Below, one piece after another: positions 51,738-59,783 of a stretch of DNA of 64,000 nt. Each line of letters starts with the position of its first letter. The stretch's first letter is position 1. A model generated the notes under the pieces. It was not told the origin of the DNA and did not search any database. It saw only the letters and a list, made by a program, of their open reading frames with translations. Location: NCBI GenBank assembly GCA_043805415.1, contig JAZDHZ010000034.1, forward strand, positions 101,478 through 165,477. Direction: 5' to 3'. This DNA is from Candidatus Omnitrophota bacterium. GTDB lineage: Bacteria > Omnitrophota > Gorgyraeia > B26-G9. The position numbers were made by a program, and so were the translations under genes.

Positions 51738-52823
51738 ATGATTAAATTAAAAATAAAATTTAGCATATTGCTTTTAGCTTTATGCCTTGTGTTTATCATC
51801 GGCTCTAAGGTTAACGCGGCGGATAACACTCCTTTTGGTGTCGGCACATTCCTTTCTTGGAACCATGAGTGGAATAATTATATGTACAATAATGAAGAGG
51901 AAGTAGATAAGGCTGTAGCGATCCTAAAAAAGCTCGGAGTTTCCATTATTAGAAATGAATTCTCTTGGAATGAAATAGAATCAAATCAAGGGGTTTTTAA
52001 CTTTGAGCGATATGATTATATTGTAAAGGTCTGCCAGGAGAAGGACATTGAAATATTAGCTATATTAGGATTTTCAGCTCCATGGACAGGAAAACAGTGG
52101 AATGATGCTCCGACCGATGAAACAGCATTCCTGAATTATGTGAAGGTTGTTGTGCGACGCTATAAAAATTCAATAAAATATTGGGAATTTTGGAATGAGC
52201 CGGATACAAACCTATACTGGAATCCGCAGGACAAAATGAAAACATATACACAAATGCTAAAGAAAGTGTATAAAACTATTAAAGAAATTGATCCCTCCGC
52301 CGTAGTTGTTTTAGGTGGATTAGCAAACAGTCCCTATTTTTCCTTAAAGAATGTATTGAAAAATGACGGGGCTGACTACTTTGACATTGTTAATATCCAT
52401 CCCTATGTAAGCCCGAATAATGGCGAGGGGATAAAGCAGGTGAGATCTTTACTGAATAGTATAGATAAGGAACTAGTTAAACGTAATCTTAATAAAAAGA
52501 TCTGGATAACCGAAATAGCATGTCCTGGCATAGACCAATCCAGCGCAAGCAAATGGTGGCTTGGTGAATCTCAAAATGAGCAGCAACAAGCTCAATTTTT
52601 AAATGAAGTCTATTCTTTAATAGATACGCATAAAAATGTAGAAAAAATATTTTGGTCAATGTTTCGGGATACAGATCATTTTAAGGATGGGGTTGATTAT
52701 TTTGGATTGCTGTCTTGGGATTATGGCCCCAAGACAGCATATTTTGCCTATAAGCAGCTGATTGATGATGCTTATAAAAAAAGTGAAACAGGTCTTACCC
52801 CGAATAATAAAATATATAAATAG
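51738..52823 (+). CDS. secreted clan GH-A glycoside hydrolase (GH5/GH39-like)
   Basis: Signal peptide. 'YWEFWNEPD' (acid/base NEP) and 'IWITEIACPG' (nucleophile TE). Confidence 0.65.
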   Translation: MIKLKIKFSILLLALCLVFIIGSKVNAADNTPFGVGTFLSWNHEWNNYMYNNEEEVDKAVAILKKLGVSIIRNEFSWNEIESNQGVFNFERYDYIVKVCQEKDIEILAILGFSAPWTGKQWNDAPTDETAFLNYVKVVVRRYKNSIKYWEFWNEPDTNLYWNPQDKMKTYTQMLKKVYKTIKEIDPSAVVVLGGLANSPYFSLKNVLKNDGADYFDIVNIHPYVSPNNGEGIKQVRSLLNSIDKELVKRNLNKKIWITEIACPGIDQSSASKWWLGESQNEQQQAQFLNEVYSLIDTHKNVEKIFWSMFRDTDHFKDGVDYFGLLSWDYGPKTAYFAYKQLIDDAYKKSETGLTPNNKIYK

Positions 52824-52913
52824 TCAAATCCTCTTGCCTGGATATACGGGGGCACAATTGAAAATGCATGGATGCAATCCTTAATTATCCAATCATGTTT
52901 TTTTAACAAACTA

Positions 52914-52951
52914 AAACCTCTGTTCTGAGAATTTATCAGGGCAGGGGTTTT
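52914..52951 (+). terminator. conserved terminator-like repeat, copy 3
   Basis: AAACCUCUGUUCUGA-GAAUUUA-UCAGGGCAGGGGUUUU. Confidence 0.7.
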
Positions 52952-53146
52952 CTGGTTTTAGGCTTCAGAAAGTTAATTAGCCGGATTATTTGCTTTTTTA
53001 GCTGAATTCAGGTATATTTTTGGTAGTTTTTGTTAGGCTGATTTTGCTGTTTATCGTTAATTTTCAAATGGTTGCGTTCCTGGCAGCTGTTTATACGCTA
53101 ATTTTCAGACATATCCGCCTTATTCATAATTAAGAAAGCAAAAAAA

Positions 53147-55489
53147 ATGATTTATCAAATAAGAAAATTTATTTTATTGCTCCGATTTATATGCCTAATC
53201 CTGGGACAGTTATTGCTGATTAATGGCTTTGCCTGGGCAGGGCAGATGAATACTTTGTCTCCGGTAGCAGTTGTAAGCAATGCTAATTTTAAAAAAGCTT
53301 TTGATGATAATTTAGACGAGATATACGCGCTTAATAATAAAATTAAAAGCATCAAACAGGTTTATAGCATGATCACGGAATTAGATGCTTATCCGGGTTT
53401 TACCCGAATGCTTGATTCAGATGATGGATACAGAGATATCGGCATTTTTCTGGTTTCTGATCTTGATGAGGTAAATAAAATTATAAACATATTGCCAGTA
53501 GATAAACATTCTGAGGTTTGTGAGCTGGGCAGCGGCATTGGTAATGTCAGTGCTTTATTTGCCGCCAGAGGGGCAAATGTAATTGGTTATGAAATTGACC
53601 AAAAGCTGGTATGGTTAAGTAATAATATAGCGCAAATTGATTTAAAAGATATTCTTGCTCCGGAAAGAATAAAGTTTGAGCGCGCGAATTTTTTAAGCAA
53701 GGATCTTTCTAAATTTGACATTATATTCTATTACTGGAACAGCATGGTTTCTGAATATAAAGATGAGCTGCAGAATAAAATTTTAAAAGAACTTAAGCCC
53801 GGTGCTTTATTGGTATTGTTCGGGGTGAGCAAGGATAAAGCATATTTCTCGGGATTAAAAGAGATGACTGGCTTACCGGGCTATGAATCAATAAGCGCGT
53901 ATGCCAAGGTATATGCGCAGCCGGATAAACCTATTGCCCAAACCAATGAACAATCAAAGCTGCAATCATTTCGCGATGATTTAGATTCGCCGGATACAGA
54001 GGCGCGTTTGCAGGCAGCGCTTGCTTTAGCGCAAAGCAAGCATGCTGATGATAAAGCATACGCGATTATTAAGGAATCAGCAATTAATAAAAACTTAACG
54101 CTGAATGAAAGAATAAGAGCGGCGAGATTCTTAAGCGATTCAGACCGGATGGAATATGCCGGGCAGCTTATAAGCGATGAACAACAGTTTGCCAGAATAG
54201 AACGCGACGATAAAAAAGACTTTGACAGTTTGGAGCTATCAGCGGCAAGTCTAGAGCAAGTTCAAGGGCAAATAAAAATGATATCAGGCATAGATAAGCA
54301 AGTTGCTGATGAACTTATGCTCAAGGCGGGTAAACTTGCTTTTTTAAGTGAGGAGCTTTCCCGGCTTAGTAACGCGATAAGATATTTTGAGGGAAATTGG
54401 CATGCGCTTTTAGAGGAAAAACTGGATAGCGAATATGGCTATGCCAAAGAAGTAAATGAGGCAATGATCGCGGACGATATGCTAGGGGTTGAGCTTTTTA
54501 ATGCCGTAGATTATGTAAAAGCTTATTTGGTTTGCCAAAAGTTAATATCCCGGCTTAGAGATAAAGGGATAATAGTTATGGGCGGAGATAGAGAATGGTT
54601 TTTGCTTGAGGCTTTTCAGTATATTTTTAAGAGAAATTATACAATGGAACAAGCAGAAAAGATGCTGGAAAATAAATGGGAAGTATCAACAGCGGCAATA
54701 AGAGCAAAAGAAATATTTAAAGATTTAATAACAATTGGCCTTAGCCCGAGTGGGTTTATGTCAGAAGTGAAAATAGGATTTTTCGCTAATACGGCGCAGC
54801 AGTTCATCTATCGGGGTTATGACGACGCGAATCATCTTGAATACGCGCCCGGCCCGAATTATGATGCCAGAAATATTTCCATTGGAGTGGAGAACAATAT
54901 TGGTTCAGTAAATGCCATGCACATTAATCTTGGGGTGCCCTGGGCCTCAAAATATATCTGGGCATCATATTTGGCATTGCATAATTTTATTGATTCAAAT
55001 ACTATGGCCAAAGGTTATTATGATTATTTTTATGATCAGCAAATCAAAGACAGCAGTCAATTATTCCCCGGCCAGCGCAGGGTTTCTTATATCGGGGTTT
55101 GGACCGAAGACCTTGATGATCTGGATTCAATAATCGAGACTTTTGTGCCCTTGAGCATTGGTTTAAATAATTATATGTCAAAAGAAAATCCGGAAATAGC
55201 GGAAATCTGGAAAACTTTTAGAATCGAATTTGAAGAGATTATAAATTCGCAAAATGATCAACAGTTAAAAACGGAATTTTTTGAACAAGCCAGGATGGTA
55301 AGATTCGTGGAATTGATATCGGAAAAAAATCGCGGCAATATTTTTTACCAGCAAGTTGAAAATCTTATTCAAAAAACAATCAAACAAATTAATCATAATC
55401 TCGCGAATCAAAACAAGAATCAGGCTTTAATCAAACATTCCCCGGAATTTCTTCAATTTCCAGAAACCGCGGTACTTAATTCAATTTAG
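53147..55489 (+). CDS. terminal-signature family protein with SAM-dependent methyltransferase domain
   Basis: Leader 'FILLLRFICLILGQLLLINGFAWA', N-box 'TLSPVAVVSNANFKKAF', tail 'LNSI-stop'. Motif I 'VCELGSGIGNVSALFAARGANVIGYEID' at nt 53518-53600. Confidence 0.8.
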   Translation: MIYQIRKFILLLRFICLILGQLLLINGFAWAGQMNTLSPVAVVSNANFKKAFDDNLDEIYALNNKIKSIKQVYSMITELDAYPGFTRMLDSDDGYRDIGIFLVSDLDEVNKIINILPVDKHSEVCELGSGIGNVSALFAARGANVIGYEIDQKLVWLSNNIAQIDLKDILAPERIKFERANFLSKDLSKFDIIFYYWNSMVSEYKDELQNKILKELKPGALLVLFGVSKDKAYFSGLKEMTGLPGYESISAYAKVYAQPDKPIAQTNEQSKLQSFRDDLDSPDTEARLQAALALAQSKHADDKAYAIIKESAINKNLTLNERIRAARFLSDSDRMEYAGQLISDEQQFARIERDDKKDFDSLELSAASLEQVQGQIKMISGIDKQVADELMLKAGKLAFLSEELSRLSNAIRYFEGNWHALLEEKLDSEYGYAKEVNEAMIADDMLGVELFNAVDYVKAYLVCQKLISRLRDKGIIVMGGDREWFLLEAFQYIFKRNYTMEQAEKMLENKWEVSTAAIRAKEIFKDLITIGLSPSGFMSEVKIGFFANTAQQFIYRGYDDANHLEYAPGPNYDARNISIGVENNIGSVNAMHINLGVPWASKYIWASYLALHNFIDSNTMAKGYYDYFYDQQIKDSSQLFPGQRRVSYIGVWTEDLDDLDSIIETFVPLSIGLNNYMSKENPEIAEIWKTFRIEFEEIINSQNDQQLKTEFFEQARMVRFVELISEKNRGNIFYQQVENLIQKTIKQINHNLANQNKNQALIKHSPEFLQFPETAVLNSI

Positions 55490-55737
55490 CAGAAAGATTA
55501 TAAAGGATAATAACCGCGAGCTTGTTGTTAACCTAAATGGATATATTTTTTTTAGTGTAAATATCGCCTATTTTAAACAGGGAATATGGTGAGCAAAGAG
55601 TAAATTAAGTGCGGGAAATAAGGGGAAATCCCGGTTTATTTGCGCGATGTTTGTTTTCTACTGGAGAATAATAAGTTTGCATGATATAATACATTTTACA
55701 TAATAAAACTATGACAGATAATTAGTGAGCAGGATTT

Positions 55738-56805
55738 ATGCTTTTTAAGAAGAAAATAGAGATAATATTATTAGTAGTGCTTTTTTGTGTTTTATCAGGA
55801 TGTGCTGGTTCTCAAAAGGGGCTAAGGTTAAACAAGGACAAATATCGATCTATTGCTCAGGTTTGTGCTGATATTAATTTAACCTGGGATTGGGACGGTT
55901 TTTCCAATATTATCACTGTTAAAAATCTTAAAGTCAGCGCTAAGTTGTATCCGGGCAGCAGCTTAGTTCTCTATGATAATCAAGTATGTGATTTAAAAAG
56001 CCCGGTAATAATAGACCAGGGTATAATCAAGGTGCCAGCGTCTTTTGCTAGGTTGTTTGCTGGAAAAGTAGTGCCTTATAGAGAAACAAAAGCAAAGCCA
56101 AGCAATTTCAGTATTCGGAAAATTGTAATTGATCCTGGCCATGGATCCCAAGACCCCGGAGCGATTGGGACCAAAGGAATTCAGGAAAAAGATATTGTCC
56201 TGGATATTGCCCTGCGTTTAAAAAAAGAACTGGTTGCTGATGGAATGGAAGTTGTCTTAACCCGGCAAACAGATGTTTTTCATGCTTTGGAAAAAAGGGC
56301 GGAAATCGCTAATCAGGCAAAAGCGGATTTTTTTATCAGCATCCATGCTAATGCCGCGGAAGCAAAATCCGCCAATGGCTTTGAGGCCTACTTTTTATCA
56401 ACAGCTTATGATGATTTTAGCAAAGCCGTGCAGATCAGGGAAAACGCGGTTATTAAATATGAAGAAAACGCGGATTATAATAAAGCCGATGACTTAAATG
56501 CCACGCTTTGGGATATGATCTTGTCGGAAAATAGAATCGAGTCAATTGAAATGGCAAACTCGATTGCCGAAGAATTAAGAAAAAGCTTAAAGTTAAGAAC
56601 CCGCTTTGTAAAAGGCGCGAAGTTTTTAGTGTTAAAAGGAACGCGGATGCCGGCGGTATTACTGGAAGCCGGGTATTTGAGTAATCCGGAAGAAGGGGCG
56701 AAATTAAATAACCCTTATTATCGTCAGATGCTTGCTGAGTCAATTGCTCAGGGAATTATAAGTTATAAAAAAATGTTTGAACTAAGTGATGGGTTTAGCA
56801 GATGA
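55738..56805 (+). CDS. N-acetylmuramoyl-L-alanine amidase (Amidase_3), lipoprotein
   Basis: Lipobox 'VLSGCAG'. 'IVIDPGHGSQDPGAIG', 'FISIHANA'. Confidence 0.85.
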   Translation: MLFKKKIEIILLVVLFCVLSGCAGSQKGLRLNKDKYRSIAQVCADINLTWDWDGFSNIITVKNLKVSAKLYPGSSLVLYDNQVCDLKSPVIIDQGIIKVPASFARLFAGKVVPYRETKAKPSNFSIRKIVIDPGHGSQDPGAIGTKGIQEKDIVLDIALRLKKELVADGMEVVLTRQTDVFHALEKRAEIANQAKADFFISIHANAAEAKSANGFEAYFLSTAYDDFSKAVQIRENAVIKYEENADYNKADDLNATLWDMILSENRIESIEMANSIAEELRKSLKLRTRFVKGAKFLVLKGTRMPAVLLEAGYLSNPEEGAKLNNPYYRQMLAESIAQGIISYKKMFELSDGFSR

Positions 56806-57611
56806 ATGATCCAAGGCCAATTGGAATTTTTGATTCAGGAATGGGCGGGTTGACTGTGGTTAAAGAAGTCATGCGCAATCTTCCCAATGAAAAGATTGTT
56901 TATTTCGGCGATACAGCGCGGGTGCCTTATGGTCCGAAATCCAAAGAAACAGTTATCCGCTTTTCGATTGAAAATATTTTATTTTTGCTGAAAAATAATG
57001 TAAAACTGATTATTGTCGCCTGTAATACCGCCTCGAGCGTAGCTTTATCGGCTATAGAGAAAAACTTTAAAGTGCCGATAATGGGAGTAATCGAGCCCGG
57101 GGTCAGTGAAGCAATCCGGATAACGAAAAATAAACGCATTGGGATCATCGGCACAAAAACCACGGTTAATAGTCTGGCTTATGAAAAACAAATAAAAAAA
57201 ATTGACCCCAGGATCAAAGTTTATAGCAGCGCCTGTCCTTTATTTGTGCCTTTGGTTGAAGAAGGCTGGCTTAAGACAAAGATCACCAAAGAGATTGTGG
57301 CTAAGTACTTATTGCCGCTTAAAAACAAAAATATTGATACAATTGTTCTGGGATGCACGCATTATCCCTTGCTTAAACCAGTGATAAAAGATGTTTTAGG
57401 GCCAAACGTTAAGCTGATTGACTCAGCAAGACAAGTAGCTTATCAAGCAAAATACATTCTTGAAACCCAGGGTTTATTAACAACTAAAAAAAATACTAAG
57501 CAACCCAATGTTTATTTTTATGTCAGTGATGAACCTGACAATTTTGCCCATCAGGGTCAAAAATTCCTTGGTTTTGCCTTGAAAAATGTAAGGAAGGTAG
57601 CTAATGTTTGA
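56802..57611 (+). CDS. murI: glutamate racemase
   Basis: 'IGIFDSGMGGLTV', 'VACNTAS', 'LGCTHYP'. 4-nt overlap with the amidase gene. Confidence 0.95.
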   Translation: MNDPRPIGIFDSGMGGLTVVKEVMRNLPNEKIVYFGDTARVPYGPKSKETVIRFSIENILFLLKNNVKLIIVACNTASSVALSAIEKNFKVPIMGVIEPGVSEAIRITKNKRIGIIGTKTTVNSLAYEKQIKKIDPRIKVYSSACPLFVPLVEEGWLKTKITKEIVAKYLLPLKNKNIDTIVLGCTHYPLLKPVIKDVLGPNVKLIDSARQVAYQAKYILETQGLLTTKKNTKQPNVYFYVSDEPDNFAHQGQKFLGFALKNVRKVANV

Positions 57612-57972
57612 AATCAGCGTGATTATGGATTTTAGCGCGGCGCATAATTTAAGAGATTATAAAGGCAAGTGTGAGAATCTGCATGGACATAACTGGCAGG
57701 TAGAAGCGGTTTTTGCCGCAGAACAGCTGGCTAAAGGCGATATGGTAATGGATTTTAATGCGGCAAAGAAAATGCTGAAAAAGCTGCTGCAGTATTTTGA
57801 CCATGGCTATATTAATGAAACTGAATATTTTAAAAAATATAACCCGACTTCGGAAAACATTGCCAAATTTATTTTTCAAACTCTGGTTAAAAAAGTAAAA
57901 AAATATAAATGTATTGTTAAGCAAGTTAGCGTTTGGGAAAGCCCGCGGAGTAAAGCAACATACTACGAGTAA
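57604..57972 (+). CDS. queD: 6-carboxy-5,6,7,8-tetrahydropterin synthase
   Basis: 'FSAAHNLRDYKGKCENLHGHNW'. Confidence 0.9.
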   Translation: MFEISVIMDFSAAHNLRDYKGKCENLHGHNWQVEAVFAAEQLAKGDMVMDFNAAKKMLKKLLQYFDHGYINETEYFKKYNPTSENIAKFIFQTLVKKVKKYKCIVKQVSVWESPRSKATYYE

Positions 57973-57986
57973 TGGGGATTACTCGT

Positions 57987-58021
57987 AAATGACAAATTAC
58001 AAATGACAAATTACAAATTCA
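57987..58021. repeat. heptamer tandem repeat (AAATKAC)x5
   Basis: aaatgac aaattac aaatgac aaattac aaattca. It contains the queC ATG (58003). Confidence 0.8.
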
Positions 58022-58692
58022 AAAAAAACAGAAAAAAGAAGGCTGTTGTTCTATTGTCCGGAGGATTGGATTCTTCGGTCAGCTTGTATTATGCCTTAAG
58101 TAAAGGTTATGAGGCGCATTGCCTGACTTTTGATTATGGCCAAAGGCATAAAAAAGAGATTGAGTTAGCGCGGCAAATCGCCAAAAAAGCGAAAAGTAAA
58201 TGGCAGCTGGTAAAAATCGCGTTGCCCTGGAAAGGCTCATCTTTACTGGATCGAAAACAAAAGATTCCCCAGCAGAGAAAAATTGACGCGGCAGTGCCAT
58301 CGACTTATGTTCCGGCAAGAAATATTATTTTCTTAAGTTTTGCCGCCTCTTTTGCTGAGAGCGTAAATGCCCAGGCGATTTTTATCGGCGCAAATGAAAT
58401 TGATTATTCCGGTTATCCTGATTGCCGGGAGGAATTTTTAAATGCTTTTTCCCTGGCTTTGGAAAAAGGCACAAAATGCGGAATACAGGGATTTAAGACG
58501 AGAATTCGCGCTCCCCTGGTTAAAAAGAATAAACAGCAGATTGTGAAATTAGCTGTGCGTTTAGGAGTGCCGCTGGAATTAACCTGGTCTTGTTATCTGG
58601 GCGGTAAAAAACCCTGCGGCGTGTGTGACAGTTGCCGTTTGCGGCAAAAGGGTTTTGCCCAAGCAAAAACGAAAGACCCGGCAGGATGTTAA
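58003..58692 (+). CDS. queC: 7-cyano-7-deazaguanine synthase
   Basis: 'AVVLLSGGLDSSV' and the C-terminal 'CGVCDSCRLR' Zn cluster. Confidence 0.9.
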   Translation: MTNYKFKKNRKKKAVVLLSGGLDSSVSLYYALSKGYEAHCLTFDYGQRHKKEIELARQIAKKAKSKWQLVKIALPWKGSSLLDRKQKIPQQRKIDAAVPSTYVPARNIIFLSFAASFAESVNAQAIFIGANEIDYSGYPDCREEFLNAFSLALEKGTKCGIQGFKTRIRAPLVKKNKQQIVKLAVRLGVPLELTWSCYLGGKKPCGVCDSCRLRQKGFAQAKTKDPAGC

Positions 58693-59366
58693 AAGCTAAA
58701 ATATCGGAAATATTTTTTAGTCTTCAGGGCGAAGGGATTTACGCCGGCACGGCGCATGTTTTTATCCGGTTTTTCGGCTGTAATATTAAGTGTCGATATT
58801 GCGACACAAATAAAAACAGTTTTAAAGAATATAGTGTTGCCCAACTGATTGCCCGGGTCCGGAAACTAGTAAAAGAGCATAAGGCAAAGTATATTACCCT
58901 AACCGGCGGCGAACCGCTTTTACAAGCTGATTTCATTAATCGGTTTTTAATTAAATCGCAATCAAATAAAACTCGGATTTATCTGGAAACAAATGGGCTG
59001 CTGTGTTCTGAGTTTTTAAAAATAAAAAATCAGGTTGATCTTGTGGCAATGGATTTTAAGCTGCCTGGGGCAACCGGGCTGAGTGATTTTTGGGCTGAGC
59101 ATGAGCGGTTTTTAAAATTATGCAAACCAAAGTCGGTATTTATTAAAGCAGTTATCAGTCTGAAAACAAAAGCAGCGGAAATAAAAAAAGCAGCGGAATT
59201 AATCAGCCAGGTAAATAAGGATATAGTTTTGGTATTACAGCCAAATCATGATGAATTATCTCCTGAGCTGATAAAAAAAGCCATGCTTTGGCAAACAAAT
59301 AGCCAGCAGTATTTAACTGATGTCAGAGTAATTCCGCAGATGCATAAACTTATAGGAGTCCGTTAA
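58686..59366 (+). CDS. queE: 7-carboxy-7-deazaguanine synthase (radical SAM)
   Basis: 'ISEIFFSLQGEGIYAGTAHVFIRFFGCNIKCRYCDT'. ATG 58686 overlaps the queC stop. Confidence 0.85.
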   Translation: MLKAKISEIFFSLQGEGIYAGTAHVFIRFFGCNIKCRYCDTNKNSFKEYSVAQLIARVRKLVKEHKAKYITLTGGEPLLQADFINRFLIKSQSNKTRIYLETNGLLCSEFLKIKNQVDLVAMDFKLPGATGLSDFWAEHERFLKLCKPKSVFIKAVISLKTKAAEIKKAAELISQVNKDIVLVLQPNHDELSPELIKKAMLWQTNSQQYLTDVRVIPQMHKLIGVR

Positions 59367-59779
59367 TGAAAAAGCAAACACAAAAGAAAAGCTTGTATGA
59401 GAATCTGCAAAAAGACATTCGCGACTTAAAACTGCCGGATATTGAAGTTTGGCAGAATATGTACGCGGATAAAGATTATTTGATTCAAATGGATGTGCCG
59501 GAATTTACCTGTATCTGTCCCAAAACCGGATTGCCGGATTTTGCTAAGATCACGATCGCGTACACTCCGGATAAATCCTGTCTTGAGTTAAAATCATTCA
59601 AGCTGTATATTAATGCCTATCGTGATGTCGGGATTTTTCATGAACATGTGGTTAACAAGATCTTAGATGATTTAGTCATAGCTTGTAAACCCCGTTCAAT
59701 CAGCGTTAAGGGTGAATTTAATCTCCGCGGGGGAATTAAAACCAGTGTCTCGGCTGAGTATAAAACAAGGAAAAAATAA
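59366..59779 (+). CDS. queF: NADPH-dependent 7-cyano-7-deazaguanine reductase
   Basis: 'EFTCICPKTGLPDFAKITIAY', 'FHEHV'. Confidence 0.9.
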   Translation: MKKQTQKKSLYENLQKDIRDLKLPDIEVWQNMYADKDYLIQMDVPEFTCICPKTGLPDFAKITIAYTPDKSCLELKSFKLYINAYRDVGIFHEHVVNKILDDLVIACKPRSISVKGEFNLRGGIKTSVSAEYKTRKK

Positions 59780-59783
59780 TAGG

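Noticed and set aside
47253-52951. Prophage or integrative island inserted at tmRNA.
   Set aside because: No integrase, recombinase or phage genes are present, and the duplicated sequence is the downstream terminator rather than the 3' end of ssrA itself. I keep it only as a hypothesis of cassette insertion.
53081-53096. Sigma-54-like promoter TGGCAG-N5-TTATAC upstream of the 53147 gene.
   Set aside because: The -12 element lacks the conserved GC (TTGC), so this is probably chance. I found no convincing promoter for this gene.
57400-57610. preQ1 riboswitch upstream of the queDCEF genes.
   Set aside because: The queD start overlaps the end of murI (57604 versus 57611), which leaves no leader. 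No preQ1-type hairpin or ACCCCUA-like tail was seen.
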